Positions 9,607 through 20,150 are shown, numbered from the stretch's first letter. The stretch: 32,000 bases of DNA from Candidatus Kuenenia stuttgartensis (GCF_900232105.1 NZ_LT934425.1:3480001-3512000); one strand, 5' to 3'. The notes: a model not told the origin generated them from the letters alone. Program-made: numbers and translations.

Positions 9607-9954
9607 GTCCACCGCATATATGGAAGGTAATGATAAGTAAACATGCCCATAAAACAGAATGCCATTGAAATTGTAAAAACATTGCAGGATAAAGGTTTTG
9701 AAGCCTTTTTTGCGGGCGGATGTGTGCGCGATATGATTATGAGGAGGGAATCTGCCGATTACGATATTGCCACGAATGCCCTTCCCCGGGACATTATGAA
9801 TCTCTTTAAAAAAACCTTTTCCGTAGGTGCGCAATATGGCGTGGTGGTTGTTGTAAAAGATGGACATAATTTTGAGGTTGCTACATTTCGCACAGAAAAA
9901 TCTTATAGTGACGGACGGCATCCGGATTATGTGTCCTTCAGCACTGCCGAAGAA
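9607..9954 (+). pseudogene. Duplicated, truncated 5' end of the CCA-adding enzyme gene
   Basis: About 97% identical (9 substitutions counted, no gaps) to 15684-16031. It carries MPIKQNAIEIVKTLQDKGFEAFFAGGCVRDMIMRRESADYDIATNALP, then diverges. Confidence 0.93.
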
Positions 9955-9984
9955 TACATAATAACAGGAAAGGGGTCGCATCTG

Positions 9985-10133
9985 GATACTCATGATCGAG
10001 CAACGACTTGTAAAAGATCATAAATTACATAAATAATTCAAGAAAATATTGTCTAATGTCCGGATGTGACCCTTATTTTCTACACGATAATTTTATATGA
10101 TAATAGTGATTTTCTCAAGTTATCAGGGCAATT
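9985..10133. repeat. Copy B of the ~148-bp dispersed repeat
   Basis: Matches 5973-6121. Upstream aggaaaggggtcgcatctg (9966) also resembles the RAYT 5' flank at 5838. Confidence 0.93.
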
Positions 10134-10202
10134 GATTGTGATAATCAATGGTTGGAAAGAAAAATACTCCAAAACCAATTTAACACTTAAATAAAAGTGG
10201 AT

Positions 10203-10784
10203 ATGAGTAACATAGCAATATCATTTATGGAAAAGAGAGATATTGAAGAATCAGCGAGAGTTCTCAGCGTCGCCATGACAGAAAATCCAATACACCTTGC
10301 TGTTTTTCAAAATTCTAATGAAAACGTTCGGATTGAAATTGAAAACTATTTTAAAAAACTTTTGAGCGATAAACCTGGAATAGTTTTTATCGCAAAGGCA
10401 AATCAAAATATTATCGGTGTGGTGAGAATGTGCTCGTGTTATGGGAAAAACACGATAAATGATACAGAGGTCTCTATTGATGAAACTAATATTGATTGGA
10501 GAAGAGATATTTGGATTAACGAGTGGTCTCGTCGGGATCCAAAAGATCAACATTGGCATTTAGGGCCAATTGGAGTTCTACCCACACATCAGGGAGTTGG
10601 CGTTGGTTCAATGCTTATGGAACGTTTTTGCTCAGAGGTAGATGCATGTATGGCGAACGCATATTTGGAAACAGACAAAGATGTCAATGTTGTTTTTTAT
10701 CAGAAATTTGGATTTAAAACTATTTCTGAGTCTATGATATTCGGGGTTAAAAACTGGTATATGTTACGATTATCAAGATTATGA
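10203..10784 (+). CDS. GNAT-family N-acetyltransferase
   Basis: IVFIAKANQNIIGVVRM, HWHLGPIGVLPTHQGVGVGSMLMERF, AYLETDKDVNVVFYQKFGFKTISE. Confidence 0.88.
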   Translation: MSNIAISFMEKRDIEESARVLSVAMTENPIHLAVFQNSNENVRIEIENYFKKLLSDKPGIVFIAKANQNIIGVVRMCSCYGKNTINDTEVSIDETNIDWRRDIWINEWSRRDPKDQHWHLGPIGVLPTHQGVGVGSMLMERFCSEVDACMANAYLETDKDVNVVFYQKFGFKTISESMIFGVKNWYMLRLSRL

Positions 10785-10849
10785 TCTCATCGTAAAACAA
10801 ATAACGGTGGCAAATCAAAACAGTGTTTCCATATGATATTACAACTAAT

Positions 10850-12708
10850 CCTAAAACAAGCGTAATTTTTTAATCTGAGAGAGTTAAAGTAGGTTGAAAA
10901 GCCTGAATTTACTGGTTAAGATAGTGATATGTAAAAATTCCGATAACCAGAAAAAGGGGCATTTCAGATGAGTAAAATAGCAGCAAGAAAATATAACAAG
11001 ATATTGAGAAGAAAGAAACGGAAAATAGAGAAACGGTTAAAGAGAAAGCAATGGGGAGATCAGAAGCATCCGATGTTCACGGCAAAGAACATTCATTACG
11101 AGATAGCCGCGAATAGCCAGGCAATTGCCTGTGGTGGTATAGGCGTAATCCATCAAATGGCAATAAGAAGTGGATTGGTAAAAGAGATAGACGAGAATCT
11201 TGAGTTACTCAAAAGGCATATACCGTATCATGAATCGGATCATATATTGAATATAGCGTACAATGTGCTTTCAGGGAATGTGCGGTTAGAAGACATAGAG
11301 TTGCATCGGCAAGACAGCGGCTATTTGGATGCGTTGGGTGCAGAGCGGATACCTGATCCTACAACGGCGGGAGATTTTACAAGGCGGTTTGACCGTAATG
11401 ATATTGAGAAGCTGATGGAGATTATCAACAGGGTACGAGAGCGTGTGTGGGAGGAAGGGCGGAAAGAGGCATTGGAAGAAGCGTTGATAGATGTGGATGG
11501 AACGATAGTGGGGACATACGGAGAATGTAAAGAGGGGATGGATATATCGTACAAGGGGATATGGGGATATACGCCACTCATTGTGTCATTGGCAAACACG
11601 AAGGAAGTGTTGTATATTGAGAATCGTCCGGGAAACGTACCGAGCCATAGCGGCGCAGTGGAGTGGATAGACAGGGCAATAAACTTGGTAAAACCACATG
11701 CGGAGAGGGTTTGTTTAAGGGGAGACACAGACTTTTCATTGACAGGGAATTTTGATCGCTGGTCAGAGCAAGTGGACTTTGTGTTTGGGATGGATGCACG
11801 AGGTGGGCTAATAAAACTAGCCGGGGAGTTGCCGGAAGATGCATGGAAAGAACTAAAGCGTAAACCGAAATACAAGGTAAAAACAGAGGAAAGGCAGAAA
11901 CCTGAAAATATAAAAGAACGGATAGTTAAAGAACGTGAATACAAGAATATTCGGTTAGAGAGTGAGCAAGTGGCTGAGTTTGAATATCGGCCTGAGAAAT
12001 GCAAGAAGAGTTATAGGGTGATAGTGCTGAGAAAAAATCTGAGTGTGGAAAAAGGTCAGAAACGATTATTTGACGACATTCGTTATTTTTTCTATATAAC
12101 GACACTGAGGGACAGGACGGCAGAAAAGATAGTAGAGTTGGCAAACGGTAGGTGTGATCAGGAGAATGTAATAGAGCAGTTGAAGAACGGGGTAAATGCG
12201 ATGAAGTTGCCTGTAAGGGATTTGGAAAGCAACTGGGCATACATGGTAATAGCGTCATTGGCTTGGAACTTCAAGGCATGGTTTGGCATGTTGATGCCAA
12301 ATGTAGGAAGGGGAGAGCAGGTGTTAAAGATGGAGTTTCGGCGGTTTCTCAATACTCTGATAATGATTCCCTGCCAAATAGTGAAGACAGGGCGTAAGAT
12401 TGTATATCGAATGCTCGGATATAATGACTGGTTAAAGGATTTTTTTGCAACGTGGGAACGAATCCGAAGATTAAAACTGTGCATGGAATAGTAGTTTAAC
12501 AGTAAAAAAGAAAAGGAAAGCAGAAGAAGAGCGGGAGCGGTACGTAATCACCTTGCAAAAGTATGGTAGTTTTCTCTATCAATAGTAATATTTTTCTTTT
12601 TAGTAAGTTTTTTCGCGACGAAACAAACAAAAAATACATTTAGAGACGCATAATAGTCCAAAATATTATCCCATTGTGTGTAGAGTGTTAAATCGCGCTT
12701 GTTTTAGG
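10850..12708 (+). mobile_element. Complete IS1380-family-like insertion sequence, 1859 bp
   Basis: 13-bp perfect terminal inverted repeats CCTAAAACAAGCG / CGCTTGTTTTAGG, flanked by 6-bp direct repeats ACTAAT at 10844-10849 and 12709-12714, enclosing an intact transposase. Confidence 0.92.
10968..12491 (+). CDS. IS1380-family DDE transposase
   Basis: [100 protein letters not shown]. Confidence 0.9.
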   Translation: MSKIAARKYNKILRRKKRKIEKRLKRKQWGDQKHPMFTAKNIHYEIAANSQAIACGGIGVIHQMAIRSGLVKEIDENLELLKRHIPYHESDHILNIAYNVLSGNVRLEDIELHRQDSGYLDALGAERIPDPTTAGDFTRRFDRNDIEKLMEIINRVRERVWEEGRKEALEEALIDVDGTIVGTYGECKEGMDISYKGIWGYTPLIVSLANTKEVLYIENRPGNVPSHSGAVEWIDRAINLVKPHAERVCLRGDTDFSLTGNFDRWSEQVDFVFGMDARGGLIKLAGELPEDAWKELKRKPKYKVKTEERQKPENIKERIVKEREYKNIRLESEQVAEFEYRPEKCKKSYRVIVLRKNLSVEKGQKRLFDDIRYFFYITTLRDRTAEKIVELANGRCDQENVIEQLKNGVNAMKLPVRDLESNWAYMVIASLAWNFKAWFGMLMPNVGRGEQVLKMEFRRFLNTLIMIPCQIVKTGRKIVYRMLGYNDWLKDFFATWERIRRLKLCME

Positions 12709-12730
12709 ACTAATTATGGGAAAACAGTGT

Positions 12731-13021
12731 AAAAATTTCGTAACACTTTAGTTTTTTGGAAAATGTACTACCTATAAGCTCCGTAGGAGCAGCCTGTTTG
12801 TAGCAAAATAGGATATTATAACAGAGATTAGCTCTGTTAGGAGCGACCTGTCTCTTGTAAATCCATATAAACAGGTCTACCTGAATACGGACAGGCCGCT
12901 CCTACGGAGCTATTTACCTTATTGAATTTTATTGCGCTACAAACAGACCGCCCCTAACAGGGCTACATGGTATTTTTTCTATCCCGGGAATTTTTCAAAA
13001 AACTAAAGTGTTACAAAATTT
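12731..13021. mobile_element. MITE-like element with ~32-bp near-perfect terminal inverted repeats
   Basis: Left AAATTTCGTAACACTTTAGTTTTTTGGAAAAT; right reverse complement AAATTTTGTAACACTTTAGTTTTTTGAAAAAT. Inner 21-bp inverted pair at 12777-12797 / 12891-12911. Confidence 0.7.
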
Positions 13022-13165
13022 CCAACATTTTGCTACACCGGACCTTCACCGTGCGTCTGCGGCATACGGTGAAGGCCAGTGAGCTTGTCGTTGTGCTGCG
13101 TGCGCCTGCGCTAAAGAAGCCGAAACTTTAAGCACCCACGGGATTATCTAAATTCTTCGCTTGGC

Positions 13166-13196
13166 TTGACAGTTACTCGAAGGTTGTAACTTACTT
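13166..13196 (+). promoter_or_regulatory. MerR/CueR-type promoter with 19-bp spacer and operator dyad
   Basis: TTGACA-GTTACTCGAAGGTTGTAAC-TTACTT; GTTAC...GTAAC dyad fills the 19-nt spacer upstream of the copper ATPase. Confidence 0.6.
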
Positions 13197-13232
13197 TGTG
13201 TGCGCCAAGGATTTATGGAACAGGAGGGGAAA

Positions 13233-15542
13233 ATGACTGCAAATCATTCATTTGAAACGGAAAAACTCGTTGATCCAATCTGCGGCATGGCGGTCGCGCC
13301 GGAAACCGCCGCAGGAAAATATGATTTTCAAGGCGAAACTTATTACTTTTGCTCGACGGGTTGCTTGAACAAATTTAGGCAAAACCCGCAAAATTTTCTC
13401 GAAGGGAAGAAAAACGAAAAGCAAGCGGAGGAAAGCGCGAGCGCGGAATACACTTGCCCTATGCACCCTGAAATCGTGCAAATCGGCCCCGGAACCTGCC
13501 CGAAATGCGGAATGGCGCTGGAGCCGAAAATATTTAGCCTGGACGATGCGCCCGACCCGGAATACGTTGACATGACGCGGCGCTTCTGGATTTGCGCCGT
13601 TTTTACCATTCCGGTTTTTATTCTGGCGATGGGCGAAATGCTGCCGAATTTCCATTCGTTTATTTCACCTGAAATTTCAATTTGGATTCAATTCGTTTTA
13701 GCGATGCCCGTTGTGCTGTGGGGCGGATTTCCGTTTTTCAAGCGCGGCTGGACGTCCGTTAAAAACGCCAGTCCAAATATGTTCACGCTGATCGCTCTCG
13801 GCACGGGCGCGGCTTATCTTTACAGTCTTTTCGCCCTGTTTTTCCCGCACTTTTTCCCGGCTTCAATGCAGGACGAACACACTGGATTGATCGGCGTTTA
13901 TTTTGAAGCGGCGGCGGTGATTACAACGCTTGTTTTGCTCGGACAAGTTTTAGAGCTGCGCGCCAGAAGTCAAACCTCCAGCGCGATAAAAGGACTTTTA
14001 GAGCTTGCTCCCGAAACGGCCATCGTCGTCTCAGATGGCGGCATGGAAGAAGAAATTGCGCTTCAGGACGTGCCAATCGGAGCGACGCTACGCGTGCGCG
14101 CAAATGAAAAAATCCCGACCGACGGTGTGATTTTGCAGGGCGAAACAGCGATTGACGAATCATTAGTTACCGGCGAATCCATTCCGGTTGAAAAACAGGT
14201 GGGCGATAAAGTCATCGGCGGCACGATTAACGGCGGGCGCCCTCTTTTAATGCGGGCGGAAAAAGTCGGCAGCGACACGCTGCTTGCGCAAATCGTCCGC
14301 ATGGTCGGCGAAGCGCAACGCTCGCGCGCCCCGATCCAAAGACTTGCCGATGTCGTTTCGGCGTATTTCGTTCCAGCGGTAATTTTGGTGGCGATTGCGG
14401 CATTCATCGTCTGGCTGATTTTAGGCTCGCTTACTTACGCGCTCGTCGCGGCGGTTTCGGTTTTGATTATCGCCTGCCCGTGCGCTCTCGGTTTGGCGAC
14501 ACCTATGTCCATCATGGTAGGTACTGGTCGCGGCGCGCGCGCCGGCGTTCTGGTCAAAAAAGCCGAAGCGTTAGAGGTTCTGGAAAAGGTCAATGTGATC
14601 GTTGTTGATAAAACGGGAACTTTGACCGAAGGAAAACCGCGCCTGCAAAAAACGATTTCGCTTTCCGGTGTGGATGAAAAAGACGTTCTGCGTTTCGCCG
14701 CCAGCCTCGAAAAATCAAGCGAGCATCCGTTGGCGGCAGCCATCATCAAAGGCGCGGAAGAAGAAAACGTCCGATTAGCAGCGGTCGACAGTTTCGAATC
14801 CGTCACCGGCAAAGGCATTTTTGGAACGATTGAGGGCAAAAAAGTTCTGGTTGGCAACACCAAACTCATGCAGGACAACAATGTGGACTTTCCGGCGGAC
14901 GGAAAAGCTGACGAATTGCGCCTCGAAGGTCAAACCGTAATGTTTGTGGCGGTGGACGGGGAACCCGCCGGACTTGTCGGCGTGGCGGATACGATTAAAG
15001 AATCCGCCAGAGAAGCGATCAACGAACTGCACCGGCAAAAAATCAAGGTAGTGATGATGACGGGTGACAACGCGAAAACCGCCGGCGCGGTGGCGCGGAA
15101 ATTAAACATTGACCAGGTTTTCGCCGACATTCTGCCCGACCAGAAAGCCGACAAAGTAAAACAATTGCAAGCGCAGGGAAAAATCGTGGCAATGGCTGGC
15201 GACGGCGTAAATGACGCGCCAGCACTGGCACAGGCTGATGTCGGAATCGCTATGGGAACAGGCACGGACGTGGCGATGCAGTCGGCTGACATCACGCTTT
15301 TAAAAGGCGATTTGCGCGGCATTCTGAGGGCCAAAACATTAAGCCGCGCGACGATGCAAAACATCCGGCAAAATCTCTTTCTCGCGTTTGTTTACAACGT
15401 CCTCGGCATTCCGATTGCGGCGGGAGTACTCTACCCATTCACCGGCTGGCTGCTCTCGCCGATGATCGCGGCGGCGGCGATGACCTTCAGTTCCATTTCG
15501 GTGATTATGAACGCTCTGCGACTGAGGAATTTGCAGTTGTAA
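13233..15542 (+). CDS. copA: Copper-translocating P-type ATPase with N-terminal YHS and heavy-metal-binding domains
   Basis: [97 protein letters not shown] aggagggg precedes ATG 13233. Confidence 0.94.
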   Translation: MTANHSFETEKLVDPICGMAVAPETAAGKYDFQGETYYFCSTGCLNKFRQNPQNFLEGKKNEKQAEESASAEYTCPMHPEIVQIGPGTCPKCGMALEPKIFSLDDAPDPEYVDMTRRFWICAVFTIPVFILAMGEMLPNFHSFISPEISIWIQFVLAMPVVLWGGFPFFKRGWTSVKNASPNMFTLIALGTGAAYLYSLFALFFPHFFPASMQDEHTGLIGVYFEAAAVITTLVLLGQVLELRARSQTSSAIKGLLELAPETAIVVSDGGMEEEIALQDVPIGATLRVRANEKIPTDGVILQGETAIDESLVTGESIPVEKQVGDKVIGGTINGGRPLLMRAEKVGSDTLLAQIVRMVGEAQRSRAPIQRLADVVSAYFVPAVILVAIAAFIVWLILGSLTYALVAAVSVLIIACPCALGLATPMSIMVGTGRGARAGVLVKKAEALEVLEKVNVIVVDKTGTLTEGKPRLQKTISLSGVDEKDVLRFAASLEKSSEHPLAAAIIKGAEEENVRLAAVDSFESVTGKGIFGTIEGKKVLVGNTKLMQDNNVDFPADGKADELRLEGQTVMFVAVDGEPAGLVGVADTIKESAREAINELHRQKIKVVMMTGDNAKTAGAVARKLNIDQVFADILPDQKADKVKQLQAQGKIVAMAGDGVNDAPALAQADVGIAMGTGTDVAMQSADITLLKGDLRGILRAKTLSRATMQNIRQNLFLAFVYNVLGIPIAAGVLYPFTGWLLSPMIAAAAMTFSSISVIMNALRLRNLQL

Positions 15543-15719
15543 TTTCCACCACGTGCCGATGAACACCTCATTTAGCTGGAGCGTAATAGCTGTAAAGGGA
15601 GTACTCGCTTCACAGCTATCGTCGCTCGAACATGGTCGCTTGAGCTATCCCGCTTTTCGGGTGCCGGAACCGATTAACACGCAGTCCACCGCATATATGG
15701 AAGGTAATGATAAGTAAAC

Positions 15720-17033
15720 ATGCCCATAAAACAGAATGCCATTGAAATTGTAAAAACATTGCAGGATAAAGGTTTTGATGCCCTTTTTGCGGGCGGATGT
15801 GTGCGCGATATGATTATGAGGAGGGAATCTGCCGATTACGATATTGCCACGAATGCCCTTCCCCATGACGTTATGAATCTCTTTAAAAAAACTTTTTCCG
15901 TAGGTACGCAATATGGCGTGGTGGTTGTTGTAAAAGATGGACATAATTTTGAGGTTGCTACATTTCGCACAGAAAAATCTTATAGTGACGGGCGGCATCC
16001 GGATTATGTATCCTTCAGCACTGCCGAAGAAGATGTAAGGCGTAGGGATTTTACCATTAACGGACTGTTGTATGACCCGGTGAAAAAGGAAATGCTCGAT
16101 TATGTGGGAGGCAGGGACGATATTGCCGCGGGTATTATCAGGACAATTGGCGACCCTGTTGAACGGTTAACTGAGGACAAGTTGCGCATGATACGTGCAG
16201 TCCGCTTTGCGTGCCGGTTTAATTTTCATATCCATGAGGAAACAAGACAGGCGATTATAAACCTTGCGCCGCAGATTCATGTAGTCAGCGCAGAACGTAT
16301 TCGTGAAGAGTTGCAAAAAATTATTACCGGACCAAACCCGCATCTTGGGATTCAACTGCTGGATGAGCTTTGCCTTTTGCGCGAAATACTTCCTGAGGTA
16401 TCAGAAATGAAAGGAGTCCGGCAGCCTGAAAATTTCCACCCGGAGGGAGATGTTTTTACGCATACTTTGTTATGCCTTTCTAAAATGGAAAATCCTTCGT
16501 GGACGCTGGCAATGGGCGTGTTGCTGCATGATATCGGGAAGCCACGGACGTTTCAGGAACTAGACCGCATTCGGTTCAATTTGCATGAAAAAGTAGGAGC
16601 TGATATTACCGCTAAAATCTGCAATCGTTTAAAGACTTCCAACGCCGATAAGGAACGAATTATCTGGCTTGTTTTGAAACATCTTTGTTTTAAAGATGCT
16701 AAGAAAATGAGGCTTAACAAACTGAAACGGCTCTTTGCCCATGAAGCATACAAAGAACTTGAGGAATTATGCAGGATTGATGCCCTTGCGAGTTCTGGCG
16801 ATTTATCGGACTACTATTTTTGCCGTGAGATGTTTGAAAAACTATCGAAGGAGGAGGTTAAGCCAAAGCCACTAATTACCGGACATGATCTTATTGCGAT
16901 TGGATTAACCCCGGGTCCTGCATTTAAGCATATTCTGACAAAGATTGAAGATGAACAGCTTGATGGAAATATAACAACAAAAGAGGAAGCACTCAAAAAA
17001 GCACAGGAGCTAGCCTGCGCGGATGCCGGATGA
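15720..17033 (+). CDS. CCA tRNA nucleotidyltransferase / poly(A) polymerase family, with HD domain
   Basis: AFFAGGCVRDMIMRRESADYDIATNA, RRRDFTINGLLYDP, EDKLRMIRAVRFACRF, HTLLCLSKMENPSWTLAMGVLLHDIGKP. Confidence 0.92.
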   Translation: MPIKQNAIEIVKTLQDKGFDALFAGGCVRDMIMRRESADYDIATNALPHDVMNLFKKTFSVGTQYGVVVVVKDGHNFEVATFRTEKSYSDGRHPDYVSFSTAEEDVRRRDFTINGLLYDPVKKEMLDYVGGRDDIAAGIIRTIGDPVERLTEDKLRMIRAVRFACRFNFHIHEETRQAIINLAPQIHVVSAERIREELQKIITGPNPHLGIQLLDELCLLREILPEVSEMKGVRQPENFHPEGDVFTHTLLCLSKMENPSWTLAMGVLLHDIGKPRTFQELDRIRFNLHEKVGADITAKICNRLKTSNADKERIIWLVLKHLCFKDAKKMRLNKLKRLFAHEAYKELEELCRIDALASSGDLSDYYFCREMFEKLSKEEVKPKPLITGHDLIAIGLTPGPAFKHILTKIEDEQLDGNITTKEEALKKAQELACADAG

Positions 17034-17265
17034 TAAAATTCTTAGACAAGATTATTACTTACAGAGTATTTTCCAGCAAGCACGAAATAAAAAATACGAA
17101 ATTCTAAATACGCAACAAATTTCAACATCCTACCCCTCCTTACCTCCGCCAAAGGGGGAGAATGTCCCCCGTTGGCGGGGGTGCAGGGGGTGGATTTGTA
17201 TTTAGCATTTCGTATTTCACCAGTTAATATTTTGCAAAAAATGCAAAAAAATTACTGGCAAGGTA

Positions 17266-17622
17266 CTAATTAGCCGGTGCTGATTGCAATGTCTGCTGCT
17301 CCGGGCTTGCAACCATTCTAATCATCTCTAAATATCTGTTCTCCCTCTTTAGTAAATTTATATCATTGGTTTGCGTTTGATAACCTTCTTTCTCATATTT
17401 GATTGTATAGGTTCCTACCTTCAGGGAAAGGGAATAACTACCGCTGCCGGAGGATTCTTCGCTATAGGCTCGATAATCGTCTTTGGCAGATATCTTAACC
17501 TTAGATAGACCTTTGTTGTCGGTATTATATACATACCCATAAATGTCCGCTGATGCGGAGGTTATCTTTGCAGTACTATACACGAATAAACTCAAAACCA
17601 TTAATACCAACAATTTCTTCAC
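17266..17622 (-). CDS. Secreted carboxypeptidase-regulatory-like domain protein
   Basis: Signal peptide MKKLLVLMVLSLFVYSTAKITSASA, then IYGYVYNTDNKGLSKVKISA...GSYSLSLKVGTYTIKYEKEGYQTQ. Confidence 0.7.
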   Translation of the reverse strand: MKKLLVLMVLSLFVYSTAKITSASADIYGYVYNTDNKGLSKVKISAKDDYRAYSEESSGSGSYSLSLKVGTYTIKYEKEGYQTQTNDINLLKRENRYLEMIRMVASPEQQTLQSAPAN

Positions 17623-17986
17623 AGACTGTTCTCCTTGTATAAAATTACCCTTTACCTTACACCATGACGACGAAATGGTGGATTCGTAAATATACTTATC
17701 GTGGTTACAAAAGAAATGCCGAAGTTAAGCAAAACAAGCGGCACTCTTTTCAAAGAACCTCGCTTCGTTTGTTTCCATATACTGGGGAATTAATAACCTT
17801 TTGTGGCGTGCATTGCTGTCTTTTTGCTTTAACTACAGGTTTTAGCAGGTTGATAATTTTTGAAATCTGACGAGAGCTTGTGTTTGATTGTAGAGGCAAT
17901 CGTTGTTTAACGCAACACAAATCTACCAAGGTCATTTTACCCTATTGCTTCAAAGTCTTTAAAACAAACAAAAAACTAAAGTATCA

Positions 17987-18141
17987 TCGAAAAGGGTGTA
18001 TTCCCGATTTTTTGTGATTTCCGCCATGTTTTAATGAAACGTTGCAGTAGTGTTAACCCTGACAGGGTTTCAAACCCTGTCAGGGTTGTTTTGCCCCGAC
18101 TCCATGAACGCTTACAAACAATCGGGAATGCACCCCATCGA
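17987..18141. mobile_element. Small MITE-like element with terminal inverted repeats
   Basis: Left TCGAAAAGGGTGTATTCCCGATT; right reverse complement TCGATGGGGTGCATTCCCGATT. The core repeat matches the ends of the 1261-1629 element; internal 33-bp hairpin at 18055-18087. Confidence 0.6.
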
Positions 18142-18179
18142 AAAAGTAAATTCCAGGACAGCCTGTTAAGAGGATAGTC

Positions 18180-18575
18180 CTATCTCATAAAATCTTTTAG
18201 TTGATTATCGTCGTTCTTTTTCTTTTCTGCGATATAATCCTCTATAATCTTCCTTTCGTAAGGGGGTACCTCGCCGAACTGAACGGCGAATTTATAACTA
18301 TCATATGCATTTGTTTTGGTGGAATGATCGATACGAATGGCAGTCCCCTGTAATCGTAACTGATGAGATTCAAATGTACTCATTGGCAGTTTGAAGGCTA
18401 TTTGTACTTTTGTCTTCAGAGGGAGAAATTCTTCTAACACGCAATGTGCTCCCCCGCAACTCAGGTTTAATATCATCCCTTCGAGCGAATTATAATATGC
18501 GCTGATTATCACGAGGATGCAGGTGTTTATTCGTTGATGTTCACGTCTTTGTTCAAAATCGTTATTTTCTTTCAT
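18180..18575 (-). CDS. PilZ-domain protein
   Basis: QRREHQRINTCILVIISAYYN..GMILNLSCGGAHCVLEEFLPLKTKVQIAFKLP. Confidence 0.78.
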   Translation of the reverse strand: MKENNDFEQRREHQRINTCILVIISAYYNSLEGMILNLSCGGAHCVLEEFLPLKTKVQIAFKLPMSTFESHQLRLQGTAIRIDHSTKTNAYDSYKFAVQFGEVPPYERKIIEDYIAEKKKNDDNQLKDFMR

Positions 18576-18706
18576 GTCGATTCTTTCTCTATTAATGACA
18601 GTAAGATGGTTCGTCTAAAGAAAAAAGGGAAAGCCTTCATAATTGTTTTCTCAATCCTCAATCCGCAGTCTGCAATTTGCCGACTGCTGATTGTTGCAGA
18701 GGCATA

Positions 18707-19123
18707 TTACTCATCCGGTTCAAAGGGGTCATCTACAATCCTTCCGTTAAATTTGTCCATGTGGATTTGCGCATATTCTCTTTGTTGAAATACGTGGATG
18801 CGATTATCGTTGGTTTCATTGGTAATGAGTTCGCTCTCAACAAAATGTGCCATGTAGGAATCTATCTTATTGCCGCGTATTTCGTCAGTGACAATAACGT
18901 GGTCAACAGCGTGTTTATTTTTTTTAAACCATTGCACGGCACAGTAGATGGAGCAAAACCTTTTAATACCGCTATCCTTCAGAACGATTTCAACTTCGTA
19001 AATGGGCGTAACCGGAGAGCCATCATAATCGCAGCGGGGATATTTTACATATTTTTGATAAAATACCCCAAGGGTTGCAATTATAAGAAAGAGGGCAATG
19101 CCTGAGCAGAATTTTTTTGTCAT
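18707..19123 (-). CDS. Membrane-anchored NosL-like protein
   Basis: N-terminal hydrophobic segment, then CDYDGSPVTPIYEVEIVLKDSGIKRFCSIYCAVQWF...DEIRGNKIDSYMAHFV. Confidence 0.6.
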   Translation of the reverse strand: MTKKFCSGIALFLIIATLGVFYQKYVKYPRCDYDGSPVTPIYEVEIVLKDSGIKRFCSIYCAVQWFKKNKHAVDHVIVTDEIRGNKIDSYMAHFVESELITNETNDNRIHVFQQREYAQIHMDKFNGRIVDDPFEPDE

Positions 19124-19124
19124 A

Positions 19125-20150
19125 TCACGTTAAAACGAGGTGTATTGTTACCATTAATAATGACGTCAACAAACAAAACAGGGATAAACTGTTTATCCGT
19201 GCTGTGAATAGTTCAATTATCTGCTTCGAAGAAGAGTTTTTACCAAGAATACGTAGTATGTTTATCCAGCCGATGCCGAAAATGCCAATGATAAATAATC
19301 CAAGCATGATAGATGCATCCGGCACTATGCCATTCCCTATAAAACAATACAGGCAATGGTGAAAGGGGAGTTGCATAAGTTTCGGTGCGATTATTTCAAT
19401 GAAAGAGAGCAGCGTAACAGGAATGTTTAGGAGACCTGTTCCCGATTGGAGATAAAGCAATGTCTTGTCTGACACAGGTATCAAATGTCTCCATCTTTTT
19501 GAAAGGGGGAAAAATAACAGGATGATAAGGATAATGTTTATAGAATAATAAAGAAGGAATAATGCCTTATCAAAATTTTCCCCGAATATGGCCTGGGGGA
19601 TCATGGCGGAAGGGCGCAATGGAACGTCAAAGAAGGTAGCGCAACAGGAAACAGATATAAGAGGTTTCATTGACAGCAGGTAATAGACGTCAGCGCCGCT
19701 GTCAACAAAGAGTATTACGCATATGGGAATGAGAAAAAGCAATATTTTTCTGGTGAACGGTGATGTGGGATGCGCCTTATCCGCATAATAACAAAAAATC
19801 CACCCCCCCATGATGAAAAATGAAATGGGTTTTATGATTTGAAGGAAAGCGGATGTAGCGGGTAAAATCTGCGTTACGCCAAATATGCACATTGCACCCG
19901 GTACTTCAGGCACAAAGCTTTGGAGCATAAAGTAAAACCATGGCCACGCAAGCATTCGTATGCCGATGACGACGCACGCTATCAGGAATATCAGGTATCC
20001 TTTTTGTTCATATTTTGTTTTTGATTCTAATGGAACAAGGGCATCAAATGCCAGAATCGCTCTGAGTGTTGTGAAAAGGAGGACCCCCCCCAGAGAGAGC
20101 GAAACGGCAGCAATAAACAACATAATAATGGTGTAGATGTTAATAATCAT
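19125..20150 (-). CDS. Polytopic membrane protein of unknown function, ABC/NosL operon member
   Basis: 341 aa, multiple hydrophobic helices, Cys-containing segments SVSCCATFF and HHCLYCFIGNG; overlaps the upstream ATPase stop by a few bases. Confidence 0.7.
   Translation of the reverse strand: MIINIYTIIMLFIAAVSLSLGGVLLFTTLRAILAFDALVPLESKTKYEQKGYLIFLIACVVIGIRMLAWPWFYFMLQSFVPEVPGAMCIFGVTQILPATSAFLQIIKPISFFIMGGWIFCYYADKAHPTSPFTRKILLFLIPICVILFVDSGADVYYLLSMKPLISVSCCATFFDVPLRPSAMIPQAIFGENFDKALFLLYYSINIILIILLFFPLSKRWRHLIPVSDKTLLYLQSGTGLLNIPVTLLSFIEIIAPKLMQLPFHHCLYCFIGNGIVPDASIMLGLFIIGIFGIGWINILRILGKNSSSKQIIELFTARINSLSLFCLLTSLLMVTIHLVLT

Noticed and set aside
9643-10023. Independent 126-aa nucleotidyltransferase gene
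   Set aside because: N-terminal ~104 residues duplicate the full gene at 15720 and the tail is translated repeat sequence, so it is a truncated pseudogene.
10784-10849. A third attC site following the GNAT gene, making it another cassette
   Set aside because: I looked for GTTRRRY/RYYYAAC pairs with a stem between the GNAT stop and the IS and found none convincing.
11321-12004. 227-aa minus-strand ORF
   Set aside because: Shadow ORF opposite the IS1380 transposase, serine/proline-rich composition typical of antisense frames. 11578-11844, 11926-12258 and 12158-12484 rejected likewise.
13043-13075. CCTTCACCGT...ACGGTGAAGG inverted repeat as an attC or operator
   Set aside because: 10-bp arms but no attC boxes, and too far from the copA promoter to be called a specific operator. 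Left as an unassigned hairpin.
14435-14881. Minus-strand ORFs opposite copA (13248-13655, 14063-14407, 14435-14881, 14930-15364 and others)
   Set aside because: High-GC sense gene leaves long antisense frames; sense strand has full P-type ATPase motifs.
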